From Clostridia bacterium (GTDB taxonomy: Bacteria > Bacillota > Clostridia > TANB77 > CAG-508), in assembly GCA_022794095.1 (NCBI GenBank), contig JAAWEC010000063.1, positions 1 to 36,674 of the forward strand: a stretch of DNA of 36,674 bases, written 5' to 3'. Both the position numbers and the translations under genes were made by a program. The notes below the pieces were generated by a model. The model had not been told where the DNA came from. It did no database searches and saw nothing but the letters and a program-made list of their open reading frames with translations. Positions 10,779 through 19,148 of this stretch are shown piece by piece (within the stretch, counting starts at the first letter, position 1; each line of letters starts with the position of its first letter).

Positions 10779-10985
10779 ATGATAAAAGAAAAAAGGAAAC
10801 TCAAGAAATACACCCAAGAGCAGATGTCAGAATTACTTGGTATTAGCTTAAGGCAATATGTTAGAATAGATAACGAAGAAGACATACCAAGAAGAGATGT
10901 TCTTAGGAATTTAATCACAGAATTAGAATTGACTAATGAAGAAATAGGAGAATATATTAGAAAAATGACCAAGAATATTGCCTAA
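10779..10985 (+). CDS. XRE-family HTH transcriptional regulator
   Basis: KRKLKKYTQEQMSELLGISLRQYVRIDN; AGGTGA RBS. Confidence 0.85.
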   Translation: MIKEKRKLKKYTQEQMSELLGISLRQYVRIDNEEDIPRRDVLRNLITELELTNEEIGEYIRKMTKNIA

Positions 10986-11009
10986 AAAAAAGGGCTTATT
11001 TTTTTGCCC

Positions 11010-11684
11010 TTATTTAGTTGCAATATGTATATTTTCAACTTCTTTTTTCATTTCTCTTGAAATAATATTTTGAACTTGAGCAACTTCTTCTTGCTTAATC
11101 TCAATAGCTCCAATAATTACACTAACACTATCACCATTAACAAAAATAATACTTTTTTCAAATCCTTTTGTTTTAATTAAATTTTCACAAATCATAATAC
11201 TATTTTTAGTTTCATTAATTTTTTGAATTTCTTGTGTAGCTACTTGTTTTTGTGTTTCTAATGAATTACTACTATTTAACACCTTTTCATAGGTTTCTAA
11301 CATCTGTGAATACATTGTATCCCTCTCTAATTTAGACTTAGCAAAATAATCATTACCATTATTACTATTTGTTTGCACAGTTTCATCATCTTTTTTTGTA
11401 TCTTGAATATTAACTTCATTATTTATATTAGAATTACTTGAAGTATTAATATTTGTGTCCAAATTTTCAGTACTTTCTTTTTTTTCTTCTACCACATCAT
11501 TGCTATTTACTAAAGTTGCATCTCCAATATCTGCTAATTGCATATCATCACTTGCCTCTATTTGCATGGCTGTTTCCAAAGATGCCTGCTTATTTGTATT
11601 TGTTGTATAATTTAAATAACCTGCTGTCATTAACATTAATACAATTACATAAATAATAACTTGATTTTTCTTAAATAATTTCAT
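11010..11684 (-). CDS. spoIIIAH: Stage III sporulation protein AH
   Basis: N-terminal TM with AGYLNY, YFAKSKLERD, ENLIKTKGF; operon position. Confidence 0.92.
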   Translation of the reverse strand: MKLFKKNQVIIYVIVLMLMTAGYLNYTTNTNKQASLETAMQIEASDDMQLADIGDATLVNSNDVVEEKKESTENLDTNINTSSNSNINNEVNIQDTKKDDETVQTNSNNGNDYFAKSKLERDTMYSQMLETYEKVLNSSNSLETQKQVATQEIQKINETKNSIMICENLIKTKGFEKSIIFVNGDSVSVIIGAIEIKQEEVAQVQNIISREMKKEVENIHIATK

Positions 11685-11734
11685 TTACATTCACTCCTTA
11701 TCTAATGTATTTTGGGACTTTAAGCCCAAATACA

Positions 11735-12361
11735 TCAATTCATTTCAAATACTTGAATTTTATGTGTTGCAAGTCCTGTTACTGCTTCCACTGCTTGTAT
11801 TATATTTGCCTTTATCTCTGTGTTTCCAGCACCTTTTGCAGTTATTATTGCTCCCTCAACCTTCGGCTGAATAACTTTTTGTGTTATTGGTGTTTTTTCT
11901 CCATTTTGTTCTTGATATATAATGTCTTTTTGACTGTCTGTTTCTTGTATTTTCCTAATTCCACCAGATGTATCGTTTTCTTCTGTATTGCTTGTTTTTG
12001 TAGTTTCATTGTACATAGCAACTACCTCACTTGTCTGAGAATAGTTGACAAATACATTAACATCCCCAACACCATGAATTTTGCTAAGTATTAGTTCTAG
12101 TTGCTTTGCCAAATCATCTGATTGTGTAGTACTAGTATCTATCTTGTTTGTAGTATTATTGCTCATTGCCAGTTGCTTAGAACTACTGCTATTTTCTTCT
12201 TTTCCTGTATTTTTCTTACCATTCCAAATTAAGTTTATAATAACAATTGTTATTATAAGTAATACTACAAAGAAAACTAAATTTTCAATTTTCTTTTTAT
12301 TATTTCCACCATCATCTTCTGAATTTAATTTAAAAATTTGATTTAATTTATCTCTAAACAT
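11735..12361 (-). CDS. spoIIIAG: Stage III sporulation protein AG
   Basis: LSKIHGVGDV, PKVEGAIITAKGA, HKIQVFEM. Confidence 0.93.
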   Translation of the reverse strand: MFRDKLNQIFKLNSEDDGGNNKKKIENLVFFVVLLIITIVIINLIWNGKKNTGKEENSSSSKQLAMSNNTTNKIDTSTTQSDDLAKQLELILSKIHGVGDVNVFVNYSQTSEVVAMYNETTKTSNTEENDTSGGIRKIQETDSQKDIIYQEQNGEKTPITQKVIQPKVEGAIITAKGAGNTEIKANIIQAVEAVTGLATHKIQVFEMN

Positions 12362-12954
12362 TTTTCATTCACCCCATATTCTTCTATTAAAAACTTTTTA
12401 ATGTTTTGAATATCCGATTTATTTACTTTTGTATCTTTTTCATCTGTTGTTTTATCTTCCTGATTTTCTTTTACATTAACAGGCTTTACTTTTTGAATTT
12501 GTGCTACCACTTGGTTTTCTATACTTTCTTCTTTTTTTACTTCTTGTTTTTGTACTTTTATCTTTATTTTATTTATTTTTGTTTCTTCTTCATTGTCTGA
12601 TATTTTTGCCTTTACTTTGCAAGTTGTCGTTACATAGCCCATCTCTTTTAATTTTTTAGAAATGTCTTTTTCCATTTCCTGTATATACAGTTCCTTTATT
12701 CGTTCTTCCATTGAACTTTGATTTAAAGTTGTGCTTGTCTCTCTTGTTGCATAGTTTTCAAAGTCTATTTCGTTTAGATTTAAACTATCTTTTTTACTAA
12801 TAAATGGAGAAATCAAACTAAACAATACATATACTCCCATTACTACTCTTATGTATTTTTTTGTTTTATTATTAGGCAGTAACATCTCTAAAATAGAAAC
12901 AATAACAATTGTTAAACCTAGACTTTTTACCCAAGAGCTCATAAATTCTATCAT
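12343..12954 (-). CDS. spoIIIAF: Stage III sporulation protein AF
   Basis: ILEMLLPNNKTKKYIRVVMG; operon position. Confidence 0.9.
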   Translation of the reverse strand: MIEFMSSWVKSLGLTIVIVSILEMLLPNNKTKKYIRVVMGVYVLFSLISPFISKKDSLNLNEIDFENYATRETSTTLNQSSMEERIKELYIQEMEKDISKKLKEMGYVTTTCKVKAKISDNEEETKINKIKIKVQKQEVKKEESIENQVVAQIQKVKPVNVKENQEDKTTDEKDTKVNKSDIQNIKKFLIEEYGVNEKCLEIN

Positions 12955-12969
12955 TTTTATTTTTCTCCT

Positions 12970-14124
12970 TTATCTATACATCATTCCACTATTAGAAATC
13001 TTCAAAACTAATGTTGTTCCAATTATAATCATAAAAGAAATACTACTTAAAATTGCCAAAAACATTTTAAAAATGTCACCAATTTGTTCCAGAAGAGATG
13101 TTATTTTTTCATCTGCAATTGGCTGAGTAATTCCTGCTAACAATTTATACAAGATAGTCATCAATGACAATTTAATAATTGGTACAATACATATTCCTAA
13201 TATTATAATAACTCCAACTAGTCCTATTGCATTTTTCAAAATAATTCCACATCCAAGAACAGTATCTACTGCATCTCCTAAAATTTTTCCAACAACTGGT
13301 ATTGCACTACTTACTACTGCTTTTGTTGTTTTAGCAGTTATTCCATCTACACTACTTGACATTGTTCCCTCTAGCGAAACTACCCCTACAAATATAGTTA
13401 AAATAATTCCCAAAAACCATACAATTCCTGATTTCATAAACTTAGACAACTTGTCTATTTTTACTTGACTGGATAGTTTTGAAAGTATCACTAAAGCTAC
13501 AAAAATCATAATAAGAGGAAGCAAAACATCTTGTATCATATTTCCAATAAAATTTATCATAAATAAGATAATAGGCTCAATCACACCACTTGTTGCAATA
13601 CTTCCCGTAGACATCATCAAAGTAATCAGAAGAGGAACTAACATATTCATAAAAGCCACCAAATTAGTTGTAGTATCTTGTACCATTTTTACAATATCTG
13701 AAAAACTTGTTAAAACAATTGTAATAATTAATATATATTGCACATAATAAATCAATTTAGAAATATTATCATTCTCTAAACTTTCACTAATAGACTTCAA
13801 AACACTATGTATCACAATAATTGCCAAAATACTTCCTAATGCTTTTATAGACGTTACAAACTCTTTACCCAATAAACTCAAAAATCTCTTTGCTAAACTT
13901 CCATTATCAACCTCTCCTTTCATTGCATCTTGCAAAATATCATTAACATCAACATCTTCAAAAAACTCACCCATATACTCCTTAGAACTCTTCAAAAAAT
14001 TCTGTATTCCAAACTCCTCTTGTTGTTCCTTAATCATATCGTCTTGGCCTTGGCTAGCATAAATCTTAGTAATAGACAATATAATAATTACAAAAAACAA
14101 TATAACAATTCTTAACCTCTTCAT
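12970..14124 (-). CDS. spoIIIAE: Stage III sporulation protein AE
   Basis: Polytopic; IPVVGKILGDAVDTVLG..ILKNAIG. Confidence 0.93.
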   Translation of the reverse strand: MKRLRIVILFFVIIILSITKIYASQGQDDMIKEQQEEFGIQNFLKSSKEYMGEFFEDVDVNDILQDAMKGEVDNGSLAKRFLSLLGKEFVTSIKALGSILAIIVIHSVLKSISESLENDNISKLIYYVQYILIITIVLTSFSDIVKMVQDTTTNLVAFMNMLVPLLITLMMSTGSIATSGVIEPIILFMINFIGNMIQDVLLPLIMIFVALVILSKLSSQVKIDKLSKFMKSGIVWFLGIILTIFVGVVSLEGTMSSSVDGITAKTTKAVVSSAIPVVGKILGDAVDTVLGCGIILKNAIGLVGVIIILGICIVPIIKLSLMTILYKLLAGITQPIADEKITSLLEQIGDIFKMFLAILSSISFMIIIGTTLVLKISNSGMMYR

Positions 14125-14148
14125 TTGTACTCCTTTTAAAAATGGTAT

Positions 14149-14184
14149 GTTGGGGACGTTTCTTTTGGGACATTTTTATGTAAA
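14149..14184 (-). repeat. 36-bp dispersed repeat, copy 2 (inverted)
   Basis: Exact reverse complement of 2427-2462. Confidence 0.95.
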
Positions 14185-14203
14185 TTACATACTTACAATA
14201 TCA

Positions 14204-14590
14204 TTATGGCAAAATTTTTAGAATTATTTCTAATAAACTAGATAAAATTGGAATGGACATTGATATAATTATAATTTTGCTACCTATTTCAATTTTACTA
14301 GCAATAGCTCCTTCTCCAGAATCTTTGCAAACACTAACGGCAAATTCCGATAAAAAGGCAATTCCCGTTATTTTTATTAATAACGTCAAAAAATTTCCAT
14401 TAATTGATGCCTTGCTAGCAAGTGACTGTAATAATGCAATAATTCCTTTAAGTTCGTCCATTACCAAAATCAAAATCAATACACCTGTTAGCAAACTAAT
14501 GTAAATTGCAAATTCTGGTTTATACTGTTTCAATAAAATAATTATAATGAGAGCAACAAGAGCAATTCCAATTATCTTAATAATTTCCAC
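14204..14590 (-). CDS. spoIIIAD: Stage III sporulation protein AD
   Basis: KQYKPEFA, KITGIAFLSEF..CKDSGEGAIASKIE; GTG start after AGGAGG. Confidence 0.92.
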   Translation of the reverse strand: MEIIKIIGIALVALIIIILLKQYKPEFAIYISLLTGVLILILVMDELKGIIALLQSLASKASINGNFLTLLIKITGIAFLSEFAVSVCKDSGEGAIASKIEIGSKIIIISMSIPILSSLLEIILKILP

Positions 14591-14643
14591 TATCCTATTG
14601 ACCTCCTTCAATCCTATTTTGTCAAAAGAATTCATCTTGGGCC

Positions 14644-14707
14644 ATTCAGTGCCTGTCCCAATTATGCCCAAAAGGGATATTCAGTGCCTGTCCCATTTAT
14701 GCCCAAA
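14644..14707 (+). repeat. Tandem 29-bp direct repeat (2 copies, 35-bp period)
   Basis: ATTCAGTGCCTGTCCCA(A/T)TTATGCCCAAA at 14644-14672 and 14679-14707. Confidence 0.9.
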
Positions 14708-14902
14708 TTATAAGTTGAAGATTGTTCGTACCGTGTTGAATAGTCCACTTATTTCTTTAATTACCATAGTTAGAACAATTACTAGACCTGCTAATGTTGT
14801 CATCATTGCTTGGTCTTCTCTTCCTGCTCTTACTAATACTTGGTGTAGTACAGCAACAAGTATTCCTATTGCTGCTATTTTGAATAATAAGTTTATGTCC
14901 AT
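14708..14902 (-). CDS. spoIIIAC: Stage III sporulation protein AC
   Basis: MDINLLFKIAAIGILVAVLHQVL..AGREDQA. Confidence 0.95.
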   Translation of the reverse strand: MDINLLFKIAAIGILVAVLHQVLVRAGREDQAMMTTLAGLVIVLTMVIKEISGLFNTVRTIFNL

Positions 14903-15000
14903 ATTTTTCATTCCTTTCTTTATTTAAATTGTTTAAAAAAATTTGAATGGTAAAATTTATAACTTTTATTTTATTTATATGTACGATATTTGTTAGTTAC

Positions 15001-15510
15001 CTAGCATAAAATTATTACTATGGCTAGTCCTATTGTTGTTCCTAGTTTACTATATAGTTTTTCGTTTTTTGCTTTTTGTTCTTGTGCCTCTTTTAATTGA
15101 CTTTCGAGAAGTTTTTGTGTTATTTCTATTTGACTTATTTGCCCCTCTACATCAGTTTGTCCTAATAATTTTGACAGTGTTTTTAATGCATTTTTGTCTT
15201 CTGTTATTAAACTATTTTCACATTCGTCGATGGCTTGTTCCCATGCTATATTTGCTGTTTCATTTTTCATTTTTTCTTTTGCTAAATAAAATATTTGACC
15301 TATATTTTGATTGCTAACTTGTACTATTTCATCAAAAATTTCAGGAATAGGCTGATATGTAAATTTTATTTTTGTTTTAAATATATTTAGTGCATTTTTC
15401 ATTTCTTCTAATTCGTTTACTCGTATTACATATTTTTGTGACAAGTATTTTCCTATTAAACTGCATACCACTAATATGATAAATAATATAAAATATTTTA
15501 TAATCTGCAT
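15001..15510 (-). CDS. spoIIIAB: Stage III sporulation protein AB
   Basis: LGQTDVEGQ, KNEKLYSKLG; operon position. Confidence 0.92.
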   Translation of the reverse strand: MQIIKYFILFIILVVCSLIGKYLSQKYVIRVNELEEMKNALNIFKTKIKFTYQPIPEIFDEIVQVSNQNIGQIFYLAKEKMKNETANIAWEQAIDECENSLITEDKNALKTLSKLLGQTDVEGQISQIEITQKLLESQLKEAQEQKAKNEKLYSKLGTTIGLAIVIILC

Positions 15511-15572
15511 TTTATTACATTCCTTTCTCATTTATGTATTATATTCAGAGTGTTTTTGATTTAGAACCTTTT

Positions 15573-16443
15573 TTATAAAAAAAGCACTTTTTCTATTTGT
15601 TTTGTTTCTATTAAATAATTGATTTGTGTATTGTTTTTTATATCTTCCATGTTTTTTCCATGACTTGTAAAAATACCTTTTACTCCAGCTGTTATTGCTT
15701 CTCCGAATTGCTTGTATATCCTCTTTTGAACCAATTTCATCACAACAAATAACTTCTGGTGCCATTGAACGAATTAGCATTCTCATTCCTTTTGATTTGC
15801 TGATATTCTCTATTATATCTGTTCTTATTCCTACATCATTTTGAGGTACTCCTTTATACATAGCAGCTATTTCTCCTCTTTCATCTACAACCCCACAAGT
15901 TAGACCTTTAAAATGTATTTTATCAATTCCATTGCTAATGTTCCTAATAATATCTCTTAACATTGTTGTTTTTCCTTTTCCTGGTGGAGATACAATTAAC
16001 GTATTGTAAATACTATGATTTTCAAAATCAATAATATCTTCTAAAATCTGATTACTACATCCAATAACTTCTCTTGCAATCCTAAAGTTTAGGCTTGTTA
16101 TATATTTTAAATTGACTATTTTATTCTCTTCTGTAACTGCTGTTCCTGTTATACCAATTCGGTGTCCACCCCTTACAGTTAAAAATCCTTCACATATTTG
16201 ATTTTTATAAGCATATATTGAATTTTCACAAAGTTTTTCTAGTATTTGCAAAATTTCACTTGTTGTAATTTGATAATCAATAATAATATCAGCTTGTCTT
16301 GTTTTTAGTAAGATAAATCTTCCAACTCTGATTCTTATTTCTTGCAAGTCGTTTTGTAAATTTATATCCTGAATTAGTGTATTTTTAAGTAATGTATAAA
16401 TTGAATTTGGAAAATATCTTAAAATCTCTTCTATATCCTTCAA
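15573..16443 (-). CDS. spoIIIAA: Stage III sporulation ATPase AA, 289 aa via +1 shift at CGG 15705
   Basis: SPPGKGKTT, VDERGEIA, RSMAPEVICCDEIG; the expected AGVKGIFTSHG segment lies only in the +1 frame after ATT CGG A. Confidence 0.92.
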
Positions 16444-16454
16444 ATCCTCACTCC

Positions 16455-16490
16455 TTTACATAAAAATGTCCCAAAAGAAACGTCCCCAAC
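16455..16490 (+). repeat. 36-bp dispersed repeat, copy 3
   Basis: Identical to 2427-2462; extends to 41/42 identity. Confidence 0.95.
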
Positions 16491-16495
16491 GCGAC

Positions 16496-16548
16496 AAAAA
16501 GAACATATATTATTCTATAATATATGTTCTTTTTTGAAATTTTAGAAC
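16496..16548 (-). promoter_or_regulatory. Perfect 18-bp hairpin overlapping a probable sigma-E promoter of spoIIIA
   Basis: AAAAAGAACATATATTAT-tct-ATAATATATGTTCTTTTT; minus strand TTCTAAA-N14-CATATATT. Confidence 0.5.
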
Positions 16549-16552
16549 TATT

Positions 16553-18241
16553 TTATTTTTTGTTGATGACAGCTCTGTATATTATTCCTGTTTCTTCGTC
16601 TCTTTCAAATTCTACTCTATATGTTGTTTCTAATTCTACACTGTCTTTTAAGAATGATATGTTTTGGTCTGTTACTTCATATTCTTCACCATTAAAATGA
16701 ATTTCTTCTATTTTTTTGCTGTTTTGCCATGCATTATTTGTTTGAATTGTAGATAGCAAACCTTTTACTGTAACACCTCGTAGGTTTGTGCTTTCATAGT
16801 TTTCAAATTTGCTATTAAATGCATTTATTTCTGCTTCTGAAATGTTTGTATTATTTACAACGTCAGTAGCTTGGTTATATATAAATAATCCTAATCCTGG
16901 AGAAAACATTTGAATTAATGGATTTTGGTATTCTTCTAATCCTAATTGTTCCATTTGTTGTTTGTTTACCTTTTGTATTCTTTCTTCTGCTTGTTCTAAA
17001 AAGTTAGTAACTTTTTCTTCTTCATAATTATTTAGTATCATTGAGTTGTTATCAGATAACTCTTCTATATTTGCATTTTCTATAAAGTCAATTTGATTAT
17101 TAAATTGATATTTAGTAGTTATTTTTTCACTTGTATTATTTTTTTCTGTTTGTACATTATTTATTATATTTTTACTAGGGTCAACTGTTCTTTCAATAAT
17201 ATATTCTTCTTTTACGTTTTGTAATCCACTTAATCCAGTATAGTTTGCACTAAAAGAAAATCCTAAATTGCCACTTTCATCTTTATCTTCTAAAGATACT
17301 TTATATTTAAGAAAGTCATCAGATTTTTCTTTTTCGATTGTGATTATTAATTCATCATTTGATATTACTATTTTGTTTGTTTTATCTTTTTGTGCAAAAA
17401 TTGTAATTTCGTAATTTATATCATTTCCATTTTGTTCTTGTTCAAGAGTTTTTTTGTAATTGTCAATATTAGTTGCTGTTAGCTTTAGTGAATTTTTTTG
17501 TTCTTCTAAATATTCATTTAATTTGTCTAAAGTTTTTTGGTCATTTTTTAAAGTGTCTAGTATTTTAACTAATATATTTTTAAATTGCTCTCCATTTATA
17601 ATTAATTTATATCTATTATCTTCTTTAGAAAATTGACTTTCTTGTAATTCATTATTTATTATATTTATATATGTATCTTGTATTTGCTTCAATTCTTCAT
17701 TGCTAAATGGCAGATTGCTAAGTTTTTTTGCTTTTTCTATTTGTTCTATTACTTCATTCAAAGATTCTAAAGCTTCATTATCTTGGCTGTTTGTTTCTAC
17801 TGCAATATATTTACTTCCTATATATTCAGTTTGCAAACCAATGATGTTTCCAACTTTTCTAAGACTTATAGGAAATGTAATATCATTTGAATAATTCAAA
17901 GTAATGTCTTGTGCAAAATTATCTGTTATTTTATCAGTTTGCCCTGAAAAACTAATGTTGAAATTATTAACTGCTTCATATTCTTTTGTTTGGCTACCTT
18001 CAGTTGAAATATTAGGTTCAAATGTTCCTTGATTTTGATATGGTGTTGTTTTTTGCTTTTCAAAATATTGGCTTAATTGCTCATCAATTCCAACTTGTGT
18101 TATATATTTAAAAAACAAATCTTTATTGCTTTTGAACATATCTGTTGCAAAATAAGCAAAAGCTAAACTTGTTAATAAAATTAACAATATTGTTGATATT
18201 ATCAATATTAAAATTATTTTACTGTTTTTCTTTGGTCCCAT
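16553..18241 (-). CDS. Membrane-anchored hypothetical protein (562 aa)
   Basis: Long ORF, N-terminal TM, RBS; no family recognised. Confidence 0.8.
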   Translation of the reverse strand: MGPKKNSKIILILIISTILLILLTSLAFAYFATDMFKSNKDLFFKYITQVGIDEQLSQYFEKQKTTPYQNQGTFEPNISTEGSQTKEYEAVNNFNISFSGQTDKITDNFAQDITLNYSNDITFPISLRKVGNIIGLQTEYIGSKYIAVETNSQDNEALESLNEVIEQIEKAKKLSNLPFSNEELKQIQDTYINIINNELQESQFSKEDNRYKLIINGEQFKNILVKILDTLKNDQKTLDKLNEYLEEQKNSLKLTATNIDNYKKTLEQEQNGNDINYEITIFAQKDKTNKIVISNDELIITIEKEKSDDFLKYKVSLEDKDESGNLGFSFSANYTGLSGLQNVKEEYIIERTVDPSKNIINNVQTEKNNTSEKITTKYQFNNQIDFIENANIEELSDNNSMILNNYEEEKVTNFLEQAEERIQKVNKQQMEQLGLEEYQNPLIQMFSPGLGLFIYNQATDVVNNTNISEAEINAFNSKFENYESTNLRGVTVKGLLSTIQTNNAWQNSKKIEEIHFNGEEYEVTDQNISFLKDSVELETTYRVEFERDEETGIIYRAVINKK

Positions 18242-18287
18242 TTTACAATTCTCCCTTTTTATTAATAACTTAATTTAAAAAGTTGAT

Positions 18288-19011
18288 TTAATTTTCTTCC
18301 CAGTTATGATAAATATTAGCAACATCGTCTAAATCTTCTAGCTTTTCGATTAAACGTTCCATTTTTTCTACACCTTTTTCATCTAATGCAACTGTTGTTG
18401 TTGGAATCATTTGCACTTCTGCTTCTATAAACTCTATGTTAGCTTCTTCTAGTTTTTCTCTAACAGCTGTAAAGTCAGAAGGCTCGGTTGTAATTTCATA
18501 AATTTCTTCATGTGCTACAAAATCTTCTGCACCTGCTTCAATTGCAAGCATCATTAATTCGTCTTCTTCCATAGTTGTTGTTGCTTTTTCAATAATTAAT
18601 ATTCCTTTTTTGTTAAACATATATGATACACATCCGCTTGTTCCTAAGTTTCCACCTGCTTTGTCAAATGCATGTCTTACATCTGCTGCTGTTCTATTTT
18701 TGTTGTCTGTAGCTGCTTCTACTATAACAGCTACTCCATTTGGTCCATATCCTTCATATATAATTTCTTCATAGTTTTCGTTACTACTAGATGCTTTTTT
18801 TATAGCATTATTTATCGTGTCATTTGGCATATTTGCTGCTTTGCATTTTGCAATTACATTTTTTAATTTTGAATTTCCAGATGGATCTGGTCCACCTTCT
18901 TTTACTGCAATTAATAATTCTCTTCCTAATTTTGTAAATATTTTTCCTCTTGCAGCATCTGCTTTTCCTTTTTTGGCTTGTATGTTATGCCATTTACTGT
19001 GTCCGACTCAT
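18288..19011 (-). CDS. yebC: YebC/PmpR (TACO1) family protein, 240 aa via +1 shift at CGG (codon 3)
   Basis: AGGAGG RBS, then ATG AGT C GGA CAC AGT AAA TGG = MSGHSKW; YEGYGPNGVA, TDNKNRT, EDLDDVANIYHN. Confidence 0.95.
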
Positions 19012-19148
19012 ACTCTTTCCTCCTTTTATTTCTTTGTATATTTTTAAGGTCTCAAATCCTCTAACTTATAATTTTCTTTTTTTATTGTATCACATTATTT
19101 TTTATTTGTGTAGCCTTTTTGCAAATAAATTACTTTTGAATAATCGAA

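Noticed and set aside
14591-14671. N-terminal extension of SpoIIIAD in the ORF track
   Set aside because: Runs through repeat DNA; GTG at 14590 has the RBS and gives the expected length
2427-16490. 36-bp repeat as a CRISPR array
   Set aside because: Copies are kilobases apart, in mixed orientation, with no spacers and no cas genes
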